Positions 34,428 to 43,160 are shown, counted from the stretch's first letter. The stretch is 64,000 nt of DNA from Gaiellaceae bacterium (GCA_035279325.1 DATEHY010000050.1:11363-75362), one strand, 5' to 3'. Numbers and translations: made by a program. Notes: generated by a model from the sequence alone, not told the origin.

Positions 34428-36124
34428 AACGCGGCCCGTACCGATCGCACGACGCGATCTTTCCCGGCCCGCTTGGCCCGGTAGAGCGCCCCGTCGGCCG
34501 CGACGACGAGGTCGTCGCCGTTCGATTCCCCGGCGTACTCGGCAACGCCGAAGCTCGCGGTGACGCTGAGCCCCGGGGCGCCGGGGATGCTCCGGTCGGC
34601 GAGGGTGAGGCGGATCCGCTCGGCGAGCTGCACCGCGCCCTCCTCGCCCGCGCCGGGCAGGAGGAGCAGGAACTCCTCGCCGCCCCAGCGGCCCGCGACG
34701 TCCGACTCGCGCAGCGTCCGGCGGAGCACGTCGGCAAACGTCCGCAGGACCTCGTCGCCGACCGCGTGACCGTACTCGTCATTCACGTCCTTGAACCCGT
34801 CGAGGTCGGCCAGGACGACTGCGAGCGGGGTCTGCAGCCGCTGGGCGCGCGCCGTCTCCGCATGCAGGGCGTCCGCGGCCGCGCGCCGGTTCGCGAGCCC
34901 CGTGAGGCCGTCGACGAGCGCTTGTCGCTCGACCATTCCGTGCAGGCGGGCGTTCTCGAGCGCGACCACCGCGTGCGCGGCGAGTGATGCCGCGTTCATC
35001 CGCTGCTCCTTGGTGAAGGAGTCGCCGACGATCTCGAGGGTCCCGAAGCGCTCGCCCGCCGCCGTGAGCGGGAGCGTCAACCGGAGGCCGCCGCCGTCGG
35101 CGTCGCCGCTGACGACGGTGGAGCCGTCGGCCGACACGATACGGCTGCCGCGCGCCCCGGTCGCCTCCATCGCGGTTGCCGCGACGATGCGGAGCAGCTG
35201 CTCGGCGTCGTGTGTGGCGGCGAGGGCCGCGCTGAAGCGGGCGAGCGACTCGCGCACCCGGCCTCGCTCGGCCGCCAGCTCGGCGAGCCGCGACTCGAGT
35301 TGAGCCGCCATGTCGTTGAGTGCCAGGCCGAGCGCGGCGAACTCGTCGCGGCCGCGCACTTCCACCCGCTCGTCGAGATTGCCGCGAGCGAGCGCTCTCG
35401 CGGCCGTGGCGAAACGGCGCAGGTTGCGCACGATCGACCGGCCCTGGAGGTACGCGACGATGCCGACGAGCGCGAGAGAGGCGATGAGACCAAAGAGCAG
35501 CCGGTTGCGGGTCCGTGCGTCGGCGGCATCGATCACGGCTTTGGGGGTGAGGACGGCGAGCCGCACGACCGACGCTCCCGGCATGGTCGGCGCGGCGAAG
35601 GCGCGGTAGCGGGTCCCGGCGACATCCACGGTCGAGCTCTGCCCGGCCTTGACGGCGACGCGCCCGTGCACCGTCGGCGACGACGCCACGATGTGCGTTC
35701 CGTCGAGCAGGACGAGCACGTCGCTCGAGTCGAAGGCGGCGCCCTCCCGCAGACGCCGGACGAGGCCGCCGTCGAGCGGAACCGCCGCCACCACCTCGCC
35801 GAGCCGCCGATCGCCTGCGAAGACGTCGACCGCGAGACGGGCTGCGAGGGACGGGGTCGCGCCGACACGCAAGCCGTCCTTGCCCACGACGTAGAGCGAC
35901 GGCCGTCGCGCGAGAATCTGCCGGAGCCGCCGTCGGTCACGACGCGCGAGCGCGCGCTGCAGCGATCCCGACCGGGCGAGGCGCTCGGCCCGCGCCTGCG
36001 CGCGGTCAGTCCGTTCCTGGTAGAGCGTCAGCGCCGCTCTGAGGCCCTCGTCCTGACGGAGGGTGACCTGCCTCGCCGCGCCGGCACTGGCAACGGTCGT
36101 GAACCCCCAGTATGTTGCCGCCAT
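34424..36124 (-). CDS. Membrane sensor diguanylate cyclase (sensor region-HAMP-GAF-GGDEF)
   Basis: RWGGEEFLLLLPG, GLTGLANRR, and a HAMP-like segment IVRNLRRFATAARALARGNLDERV. The true start may be the CTG at 36181 (see findings). Confidence 0.85.
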   Translation of the reverse strand: MAATYWGFTTVASAGAARQVTLRQDEGLRAALTLYQERTDRAQARAERLARSGSLQRALARRDRRRLRQILARRPSLYVVGKDGLRVGATPSLAARLAVDVFAGDRRLGEVVAAVPLDGGLVRRLREGAAFDSSDVLVLLDGTHIVASSPTVHGRVAVKAGQSSTVDVAGTRYRAFAAPTMPGASVVRLAVLTPKAVIDAADARTRNRLLFGLIASLALVGIVAYLQGRSIVRNLRRFATAARALARGNLDERVEVRGRDEFAALGLALNDMAAQLESRLAELAAERGRVRESLARFSAALAATHDAEQLLRIVAATAMEATGARGSRIVSADGSTVVSGDADGGGLRLTLPLTAAGERFGTLEIVGDSFTKEQRMNAASLAAHAVVALENARLHGMVERQALVDGLTGLANRRAAADALHAETARAQRLQTPLAVVLADLDGFKDVNDEYGHAVGDEVLRTFADVLRRTLRESDVAGRWGGEEFLLLLPGAGEEGAVQLAERIRLTLADRSIPGAPGLSVTASFGVAEYAGESNGDDLVVAADGALYRAKRAGKDRVVRSVRAAF

Positions 36125-36262
36125 GGGGACGAGCGACAGCAGGACGAAGTACGCGACGAGCTTGAGCTTGAAGCTGCTCAGCTAGACCCCCCTGATGTCA
36201 AGCGAAACCACCTCCCTGCCGATAGAGCCTCCAGGGATGTTGTCGGCGGGAGGGGGAAAAAC

Positions 36263-37144
36263 ATGAGCCGGAAGGAGCGGGTCGTCGCAGCACTTCTTCT
36301 CGCGATTGCGGTCGCGGGCGGTGCGCTGATCCCGAGGCTTCTCGCCTCGCCGCTGAACCCGCTCGGAATCGCGCTCGGGCCGGGACCGGGCCGCAGCGTC
36401 GTCCAGGCGCCCGCGATCTCGAGCCCGCCGGCGCATCACACCCCTGTCACGCACCCGACGTCGTCCGCCGCCGGCCCGAGCGTGGTTTCGCTCACGCCGG
36501 TCGGCTCGACGACGAAGCCGACGCCGCACACCGCACCGGTGCATCACGCGCCGGCGCCTCGCTCGCCTGTGCCGAGTCCGGCACCGGCACCGAGCCCCAC
36601 TCCCTCGCCCACGCCTCCGACCCCGCCGGCGCCGGCCCCCCCGCCGACGCCTGTGGTCACGCACATCACCGCGGGTCTCAGGCACGGCACCGGACCCGGG
36701 CACAAGAACGTCGTGCCGGGACCGGCGAAGACGCCGCCCGGCCACGACAAGATTCCGCCGGGACAGGCGAAGAAGATCCAGGCCGGAAACGACGGCCCGG
36801 AGGCGCCCGCGGCAGCGGCCACGCCCGGCGGCGAGCCGGCCGTCGCGCACGGCCGGCGCAAGGGGTCACCCGATTTGGAAGGATCCAGCCATGGCCGGCC
36901 GGTTTCGCAAGCTTCGCCCGACGCCGTGGGCGCTCGCCATCGGGGCGTGGGACATCTGGCGCCGCCTGCCAAAGCAGCAGCGCAAGCAGCTCATCAGGCT
37001 GGCCCGCAAGCACGGCCCCAAGGTGGCGGCCCGGGCAGTGTCGGCAGCCCGCAACCGGCGCCGGTAGCGCAACCCGCGAGTGGTAACGGCAACGGGCAGG
37101 GCCACGGGAACGGGCAAGGCAACGGCAAGGGCAACGGCCACTAG
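36263..37144 (+). CDS. Anchored Pro/Thr/Ala-rich protein; the 3' end is uncertain
   Basis: The ATG has a GGGAGGGGG Shine-Dalgarno. Signal anchor MSRKERVVAALLLAIAVAGGALIP, then PxP-rich low-complexity sequence. GC3 is high up to about 36868 and drops to about 59 % across 36890-37066. Confidence 0.55.
   Translation: MSRKERVVAALLLAIAVAGGALIPRLLASPLNPLGIALGPGPGRSVVQAPAISSPPAHHTPVTHPTSSAAGPSVVSLTPVGSTTKPTPHTAPVHHAPAPRSPVPSPAPAPSPTPSPTPPTPPAPAPPPTPVVTHITAGLRHGTGPGHKNVVPGPAKTPPGHDKIPPGQAKKIQAGNDGPEAPAAAATPGGEPAVAHGRRKGSPDLEGSSHGRPVSQASPDAVGARHRGVGHLAPPAKAAAQAAHQAGPQARPQGGGPGSVGSPQPAPVAQPASGNGNGQGHGNGQGNGKGNGH
36891..37067 (+). CDS. 58-aa basic small ORF embedded in another frame of the Pro-rich ORF
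   Basis: MAGRFRKLRPTPWALAIGAWDIWRRLPKQQRKQLIRLARKHGPKVAARAVSAARNRRR. A GGAAGGA Shine-Dalgarno lies 7 nt upstream. GC3 is 53/58 by hand count. At under 60 aa it is too short for the ORF track. Confidence 0.5.
   Translation: MAGRFRKLRPTPWALAIGAWDIWRRLPKQQRKQLIRLARKHGPKVAARAVSAARNRRR
37082..37141 (+). repeat. Hexanucleotide-type (GGN-AAC/CAS) x10 low-complexity repeat encoding (Gly-X)10
   Basis: ggtaacggcaacgggcagggccacgggaacgggcaaggcaacggcaagggcaacggccac encodes GNGNGQGHGNGQGNGKGNGH. Confidence 0.7.
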
Positions 37145-37153
37145 CCGTCCGCG

Positions 37154-39994
37154 CTAGAGACCGAGCGCCGCGCGGACGATCCGGTCCTGCTCGCGCTGGT
37201 GCGCGGTCGGGTAGCCCTCGCTCGGGCTGGCCCGCCACGGCCGGCCGATGTAGCGCAACGGCACGCTCTCTGGCTTCGTCTCCTCGAGCCGGTGCCGCAG
37301 GGCACGCCAGGCACCCATGTTCTGCGGCTCCTCCTGCGCCCAGACGAGCTCGCGGAGCTTCGGGTAGCCCGCGATCAGCGCCTTCACGCGCTCGGCCGGG
37401 AACGGATAGAGCTGCTCGAGCCGCGCGACCGCGACGCCGGAAGCGTTGCCGCGCTCCTCGTGCCCGGCGATGTCGTAATAGACCTTCCCCTGGCAGAGCA
37501 CGAGTCGCTCGACGCGCTCGCGGTCGGGATCCGGGTCGTCGATCACCGGCCGGAACTCGCCGTTCGCGAGATCCGCGAGCGTCGAGCCTGCCTGCTTCAG
37601 ACGGAGCAGACCCTTCGGCGTCAAGACGACGAGCGGCCGCGCCGTCGCGTCGAGCGCCTGCCGCCGCAGCAGATGGAAGTACTGCCCCGACGTCGTGCAG
37701 TTCGCGATGCGCAGGTTCTCCTGCGCCGCGAGCTGGAGGAAGCGCTCGAGGCGCGCGCTGGAGTGCTCCGGCCCGTTTCCCTCGTAGCCGTGCGGCAGCA
37801 GGAGCGTCAGGCGCGTCGACTCCCGCCACTTCGAGAGCCCGGCGGCGATGAACTGGTCGATGATGATCTGCGCGCCGTTGACGAAGTCGCCGAACTGCGC
37901 CTCCCAGAGGACGAGCACCTCCGGCGCCGCGGCGGCATAGCCGTACTCGAAGCCGACGCAGGCGTACTCCGAGAGCGGCGAGTTGTAGATCTCGAAGGCG
38001 GCACCCGCGTCGTCGAGGTGCTGGAGCGGCGTGAACGTCGCGCCCGTCGCGACGTCGTGGAGGACGTCGTGCCGGTGGGAGAACGTGCCGCGCTCGGTGT
38101 CCTGGCCGGTCAGCCTAATCGGGATCCCCTCGACGAGGAGCGACGCGAAGGCGAGCGCCTCGGCCTGGCCCCAGTCGATCCCGCCTTCCTCGAGCGTCTC
38201 ACGGCGCCGCTCGAGCTGGCGCATGAGCTTCGGGTGCGGCGTGAAGCCCCCGGGGACTCGGAGGAGCTGCTCGTTGAGGGCGCGCAGACGGTCGGCCGCC
38301 ACAGCCGTGACGACCTCGTCGCCCGTCGCCGCCGGGACGTGCGTGTCGGCGGGCGGTGGCGGCTCGGCCCGGCCGAACGTCTCCTTCAACGCCTCGTGCG
38401 CCGCCTTCAGCTCCGCCAGGACGCCCGCCTCGAGCTCGTCCGCCTGCTCCTGCGTGAGGTCGCCGTCCGCGACGAGCCGCTGCGCGAACTGCTCGCGCGC
38501 GGTCGGATGCTCCGCGATCGCGCCGGCGAACAGCGGCTGCGTGTAGGCGGCTTCGTCCTGCTCGTTGTGGCCGTGACGCCGGTAGCCGACGAGATCGACG
38601 ACGACGTCGTGGCCGAAGCGGCGACGATAGGCGAGCGCGAGCCGGATGGACGCGAGCGCCGCCTCGGGATCGTCCGCGTTCACGTGGACGATCGGGATGT
38701 CGAAGCCCTTCGCCAGGTCGCTCGAGTAGCGCGTCGAGCGGCCGCTCTCGGGGTCGGTGGTGAAGCCGACCTGGTTGTTCGCGATCAGGTGCAGCGTGCC
38801 TCCGGTCGAGTAGCCCGGGAGCGCCTGGAAGTTGAGCGTCTCGGCCACGCTTCCCTGGCCGGCGAAGGACGCGTCGCCGTGGATGAGGACCGGCAGGGCG
38901 ACGCTCGGGTCGTGGTAGCCCTGGCGCGTGGAGCGGTCGGTCTGCTCCGCCCGCGCGCGGCCTTCGACGACCGGGTCGACGGCCTCGAGGTGGCTCGGGT
39001 TGGAGACGAGCGTGACCGTGATGTCGCCCGTCGGAGTCGAGCGGGTTCCCTGCGCGCCGAGGTGGTACTTCACGTCGCCGCTGCCGCCCTCGTCGCTCGA
39101 GACCACCGCCTCGATCGTCCGCTCACCCTCGAACTCGCGCAGGATCGTCTCGTACGGCCGCCCGACGACGTGGGCGAGGACGTTCAGCCGGCCGCGGTGC
39201 GCCATGCCCACCACGACCTCGTGGGCTCCGCCCGCCGCCGCGAGCTCGATCGCCTCGTCGAGCATCGGGATCATCACGTCGAGACCTTCGACGGAGAACT
39301 GCTTCTGCCCGAGGAAGGCGCGGCGCAGGTAGCGCTCCATCCCGTCGACCTGGCTGAGCCGCGTCAGCAGCCGGACGCGCTCGTCACGCGAGAGCGGGCG
39401 GCGGTAGCGGCCCGACTCGATCGCCTGCCGCAGCCAGACCCGCTCCTCGTGGTCGGAGATGTGCTCGATCTCGTAGGCGATCGTGCCCGTGTACGTCTCG
39501 CGCAGCCGCGGCAGCGCGTCGGCGAGCGTCTCACCCTCGACGTGGAGCCGGAGCAGCGAGGCGGGGATGCGCGCCTGCAGCTCGGGCGTGAGCTTCGGGA
39601 TCAGGCGCTCGGGCTCGAGCGCCGGGTCGCCGGGCGGCTCGGAGCCGAGCGGGTCGAGGTGCGCCGCGAGGTGGCCGTGCATCCGGAACGCCTTGACGAG
39701 CGCCATCGCCGCGGCGATGCCGCCGAGGAGCTCTTCGTCGACGGACGCAGCTGCCGGAGCAGGAGGTGGAGGAGGAGCAGGCGCCACGGGGGTTGCCTCC
39801 GCGTGCCCGTCGCGGTCGGCGGCGACGCGCTCGAGGAGCCGTGCCAAGCCCGGCTGTCGCAGCAGGACCGCCTCGGGCTCGCTCTCGAACAGGTCGCGCC
39901 ACTCCTCCGGCACGGCACCGGGGTTGTCGAGGTACTGCTCGAGGAGCAGGGCGGCGTAGCCGGTGTTCAGCCCGTCAACGTCGGGACGTCCCAT
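37154..39994 (-). CDS. sucA: 2-oxoglutarate dehydrogenase E1 component
   Basis: The 946-aa ORF contains LNTGYAALLLEQYLDNP, MAHRGRLNVLAHV, ThDP-motif GDASFAGQG...NNQVGFTT, and GHNEQDEAAYTQP. Confidence 0.93.
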   Translation of the reverse strand: MGRPDVDGLNTGYAALLLEQYLDNPGAVPEEWRDLFESEPEAVLLRQPGLARLLERVAADRDGHAEATPVAPAPPPPPAPAAASVDEELLGGIAAAMALVKAFRMHGHLAAHLDPLGSEPPGDPALEPERLIPKLTPELQARIPASLLRLHVEGETLADALPRLRETYTGTIAYEIEHISDHEERVWLRQAIESGRYRRPLSRDERVRLLTRLSQVDGMERYLRRAFLGQKQFSVEGLDVMIPMLDEAIELAAAGGAHEVVVGMAHRGRLNVLAHVVGRPYETILREFEGERTIEAVVSSDEGGSGDVKYHLGAQGTRSTPTGDITVTLVSNPSHLEAVDPVVEGRARAEQTDRSTRQGYHDPSVALPVLIHGDASFAGQGSVAETLNFQALPGYSTGGTLHLIANNQVGFTTDPESGRSTRYSSDLAKGFDIPIVHVNADDPEAALASIRLALAYRRRFGHDVVVDLVGYRRHGHNEQDEAAYTQPLFAGAIAEHPTAREQFAQRLVADGDLTQEQADELEAGVLAELKAAHEALKETFGRAEPPPPADTHVPAATGDEVVTAVAADRLRALNEQLLRVPGGFTPHPKLMRQLERRRETLEEGGIDWGQAEALAFASLLVEGIPIRLTGQDTERGTFSHRHDVLHDVATGATFTPLQHLDDAGAAFEIYNSPLSEYACVGFEYGYAAAAPEVLVLWEAQFGDFVNGAQIIIDQFIAAGLSKWRESTRLTLLLPHGYEGNGPEHSSARLERFLQLAAQENLRIANCTTSGQYFHLLRRQALDATARPLVVLTPKGLLRLKQAGSTLADLANGEFRPVIDDPDPDRERVERLVLCQGKVYYDIAGHEERGNASGVAVARLEQLYPFPAERVKALIAGYPKLRELVWAQEEPQNMGAWRALRHRLEETKPESVPLRYIGRPWRASPSEGYPTAHQREQDRIVRAALGL

Positions 39995-40025
39995 GACCTC
40001 TACCGTTGTAGCAGCGGCGGCGGGA

Positions 40026-40301
40026 CTACCAGAGCTTGTGGCCGAGCACGACGGCGACCGTGAATCCGAAGAACAGGCACGCGCCGCAGATGAGGACGGC
40101 CGCGAGCTGGAGGCGACCCTTCTCGCGGCCCATGCCCGACGCGACGAGCGCGACGGCGAGCGACGGGATGATCAGCCGCAGGGGACGCCACGCGATCCCG
40201 ACGAGGCTGACGAAGATCGCGATGGACGAGAGGAAGCCGGCGACGGTCTCCGACGTCCGCCGGCCGGAGCCCTCGTGCAGGATGTCGCTCTCGGCGCTCA
40301 A
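40026..40301 (-). CDS. Small membrane protein (91 aa, 2-3 TM segments)
   Basis: VAGFLSSIAIFVSLVGIAW...LAAVLICGACLFFGFTVAVVLG. The TTG start overlaps the upstream stop as TTGA. Confidence 0.4.
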   Translation of the reverse strand: MSAESDILHEGSGRRTSETVAGFLSSIAIFVSLVGIAWRPLRLIIPSLAVALVASGMGREKGRLQLAAVLICGACLFFGFTVAVVLGHKLW

Positions 40302-40585
40302 CGGTCGGCGATCCTATCGGCGCGCGCGGCCGCCGCGCGCGCCGTGCGCGCATAGACGCGGGCGGGCCCACCGTGCGGGCGCGGTGGGCGGCGGCGCCGG
40401 CGCCGACGGACGTGGTCGTAGCCGAGTGGTGGTGGATCGGGCATCACGCGATCCCCTGCGGGCCCCCCGCGCCCCCGGGGCTCCGCCTTGATCGCATACC
40501 AGACCACGTAGCAGAGGTAGGCGATGGGGATCTTGAGGATCACCATGAGGAAGACGAGCTCCCACAGCGTGTCCGGCGCCTTCAC
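40298..40585 (-). CDS. Small membrane protein with an Arg-rich tail (about 95 aa)
   Basis: [36 protein letters not shown], then an Arg/Pro-rich tail. I prefer the GTG at 40585, because the track start at 40738 would overlap the sigma-factor gene. Confidence 0.35.
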   Translation of the reverse strand: MKAPDTLWELVFLMVILKIPIAYLCYVVWYAIKAEPRGRGGPAGDRVMPDPPPLGYDHVRRRRRRRPPRPHGGPARVYARTARAAAARADRIADR

Positions 40586-40664
40586 CTTCTTGAGTCTACC
40601 CAGGAGAGCGGTCCGAAACTCGAGGCGCGTTAACGATCCGCAGGGCCCGGAAATAGCGAATGGC

Positions 40665-41705
40665 ATGAGCCACGACCAACTCCGCGCGTTGATGGAGCAC
40701 GCCGACGAGGCCGGGTGCATCAACCTCTCGGCCTTCACGCAGCTGCTGACCGAGCTCGACCTCGACGACGAGGAGGTTGCGGCGCTCTACGAGCGGATCG
40801 ACGAGCACGGAATCGAGCTCACCGACGACTGCAGCCTGCCCGACGTGACCGAGACGCATTTCTCGAACGAGACCGTCGCCGCGATGACGACGGACTCGCT
40901 GCAGCTCTTCCTCAACGAGGCCGGCCGCTACCCGCTGCTCACCGCGGCCGAGGAGGTGGAGCTCGCCAAGCTGATCGAACGCGGCGACGTGCGGGCCAAG
41001 GACAGGATGATCAACTCGAATCTCCGCCTCGTCGTCTCGATCGCGAAGAAGTACCAGGGCCACGGGCTCTCGCTGCTCGACCTGATCCAGGAGGGCATCA
41101 TCGGACTGATCCGCGCCGTGGAGAAGTTCGACTGGCGGCGCGGCTACAAGTTCTCGACGTATGCGACGTGGTGGATCCGCCAGGCCGTGCAGCGCGGCGT
41201 CGCGAACAAGTCGCGCACGATCCGGATCCCGGTCCACATCGTCGAGCGCGAGCAGAAGATCGCGCGCGCCGAGCGCGAGCTGACGCTGAAGCTCGAGCGC
41301 CCGCCGACCGACGAGGAAGTGGCGAAGACGGCGAAGCTCTCGCTCAAGCACGTGCGCGAGGTGCGGGCGGCCGCCCGCGCCGTGGCGAGCCTCGACCGGC
41401 CGCTCGGCGACGAGGGCGAGACGGCCTTCGGTGACATCGTCGCCACCGACAAGGCGGACGTCGAGGAGGAGGTCGTCGTGGGCCTCAGCGAGCACCTGCT
41501 CCGCGCCGCGGTGTCGCGGCTGCCGGACCGCGAGCAGCAGGTGATCAAGCTGCGCTACGGGCTGGACGGCGACGAAGAACCGAAGTCCCTCGAGATGATC
41601 GGCCGCGAGATGGGCCTGACGCGCGAGCGCGTGCGCCAGATCGAGACGCAGGCACTGGAACGGCTCGCGCGCGAGCGCGAGATCGCCGCTCTCGCTCCGG
41701 CCTGA
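40665..41705 (+). CDS. RNA polymerase sigma-70 family factor, group 1/2 (SigA/RpoD-like)
   Basis: Region 1.2 [23 protein letters not shown], region 2 [38 protein letters not shown]...[13 protein letters not shown], region 3, and region 4.2 [14 protein letters not shown]. It starts with ATG at 40665. Confidence 0.9.
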   Translation: MSHDQLRALMEHADEAGCINLSAFTQLLTELDLDDEEVAALYERIDEHGIELTDDCSLPDVTETHFSNETVAAMTTDSLQLFLNEAGRYPLLTAAEEVELAKLIERGDVRAKDRMINSNLRLVVSIAKKYQGHGLSLLDLIQEGIIGLIRAVEKFDWRRGYKFSTYATWWIRQAVQRGVANKSRTIRIPVHIVEREQKIARAERELTLKLERPPTDEEVAKTAKLSLKHVREVRAAARAVASLDRPLGDEGETAFGDIVATDKADVEEEVVVGLSEHLLRAAVSRLPDREQQVIKLRYGLDGDEEPKSLEMIGREMGLTRERVRQIETQALERLAREREIAALAPA

Positions 41706-41724
41706 CGGCCTTTACGGCCGTTTT
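41705..41724 (+). terminator. Small intrinsic terminator after the sigma-factor gene
   Basis: ACGGCC-tttac-GGCCGT is followed by TTTT. Confidence 0.4.
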
Positions 41725-41807
41725 ACGCACGCCGTACCGCGGGCTGATCGCGGCCCACGATCCTCCACTCAAGGGCAACAACCCAACGCTCCCGGAGGGA
41801 AGACACC

Positions 41808-43142
41808 ATGCGCGTCACCACACTCCTCGCAATCGGTCTCGTCGCTCTCATCGTCGCCGCCGGCGCCAACGCCGGGCCCAAGCGCGGCGTCGAGTACCTG
41901 TTCCTCGGTCAGGTCTCGGCGACACCCGCGAACGGCCAGTTGTCGGTCACCGTGCAGCGGGGCAACCACGCCGCGCTGCGCGCGATGCTCGGCCAGTCCG
42001 TCTCACAGACCTTCTCGTACGGCAATCACACCGAGTTCCTCAAGTGGTCGCACGGCGTCCCCGCTGTCGTGCAGGCCGGCGCGGTCGCCGTCGGCGACTA
42101 CGTCTGGATCCACGTCCGCGACAGCGCCGGCGCCTCGCTCGCCGACATCGAGCAGAAGGACGCGACCGTGGTGGGCGATCACGGCTCGCGGATCAACCCG
42201 CCGAACAAGCCGCTCTTCCTCTTCCGCGGCACCCTCACCGCCACCGGCGGCAACAGCGTCACGCTCGCCGTGCGTGGAGGCAACCGGAATGCAACGCGGC
42301 TCTTGATCGGCCAGTCGCGCAGCCAGACCTTCACCGTCGGCGACGGCACCATCTTCCTGCTCTGGCAGGGCAAGGTGCCCACGGTGATCTCGCTCGCCCA
42401 GCTCAAGCTCGGCGACGACGTCACCATCCGCATCCGCGCGAACAAGCGCAGCACCCTTGCCCAGGTCGAGTCCACCCCCGCCGTCCACGTCGGCGACCGC
42501 GAGCCGTTCGTGCACAAGATCCTGTACCTCTTCCTCGGTCAGGTGTCCGCGGCGCCGGCGAACGGCCAGCTCTCGGTCACCGTGCAGCGGGGCAACCAAG
42601 CCGCGCTGCGCGCGATGCTCGGGCAGTCCGTCTCACAGACCTTCTCGTACGGCAGCAACACCGAGTTCCTCAAGTGGTCGCACGGCGTCCCCAGCATCGT
42701 CCACGCGGGTGACGTCGCGACCGGCGACTACGTCTGGATCCACGTCCGCGACACCGTCGGCGCCTCGCTCGCCGACATCGAGCAGACGGACGCCGGGCTC
42801 ATCGGCGACCACGGCTCCCTGATCAACCCCCCGAGCAAGCCGCTCTTCCTCTTCCGCGGAACCCTCACCGCCACCGGTAGCAACAGCGTCACGCTCACCG
42901 TCGACGGCGGCAACCGCAGAGCGACCCGCCTCCTGATCGGCCAGCCCCGCAGCGAGACCTTCACCGTCGGCGACGGCACGATCTTCCTGCTCTGGCAGGG
43001 GAAGGTCCCGACCGTGATCTCCCTGGCCCGGCTCAAGCTCGGCGACAACGTCACCGTCCGCATCCGCGCCGACAAGCGCAGCACCCTCGCCCAGGTCGAA
43101 TCCACCCCGGCCGTCCACGTCGGCGACCGCGAACCGGCCTAG
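41808..43142 (+). CDS. Secreted protein built from four DUF5666-like beta domains
   Basis: Signal peptide MRVTTLLAIGLVALIVAAGANA and a GGAGGG Shine-Dalgarno. The domain pattern LF..G.(V/L).AT..N.(V/L).V.RGN..A.R.L.GQS.SQTF...T.FL.W.......L..GD.V.I..R occurs four times. Confidence 0.7.
   Translation: MRVTTLLAIGLVALIVAAGANAGPKRGVEYLFLGQVSATPANGQLSVTVQRGNHAALRAMLGQSVSQTFSYGNHTEFLKWSHGVPAVVQAGAVAVGDYVWIHVRDSAGASLADIEQKDATVVGDHGSRINPPNKPLFLFRGTLTATGGNSVTLAVRGGNRNATRLLIGQSRSQTFTVGDGTIFLLWQGKVPTVISLAQLKLGDDVTIRIRANKRSTLAQVESTPAVHVGDREPFVHKILYLFLGQVSAAPANGQLSVTVQRGNQAALRAMLGQSVSQTFSYGSNTEFLKWSHGVPSIVHAGDVATGDYVWIHVRDTVGASLADIEQTDAGLIGDHGSLINPPSKPLFLFRGTLTATGSNSVTLTVDGGNRRATRLLIGQPRSETFTVGDGTIFLLWQGKVPTVISLARLKLGDNVTVRIRADKRSTLAQVESTPAVHVGDREPA
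41895..43136 (+). repeat. In-frame tandem duplication of a 630-bp (210-codon) two-domain unit
   Basis: ttcctcggtcagg occurs at 41901 and at 42531, exactly 630 nt apart. Copy 1 spans 41895-42506 plus an 18-nt linker. Copy 2 spans 42525-43136. About 87 % of amino acids are identical by hand alignment. Confidence 0.9.
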
Positions 43143-43160
43143 CTCGCAGCTCGATCCACA

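Noticed and set aside
37082-37141. Short-period repeats as a possible CRISPR array. The 63-nt RNase E repeats and the 630-bp duplication were considered in the same way.
   Set aside because: The period is 6 nt with no spacers. The other repeats are in-frame protein-coding duplications. There are no cas genes in the window.
37199-40063. 954-aa plus-strand ORF antisense to sucA. The same applies to 43289..46021 (antisense to lon), 52240..54306 (antisense to rne), 56904..59054 (antisense to mrdA), 4167..5813 and 11890..13254.
   Set aside because: All are Arg/Asp/Glu-rich with no recognisable motifs, and all are mirror images of strongly supported genes. Stop codons are rare in any frame of DNA this GC-rich.
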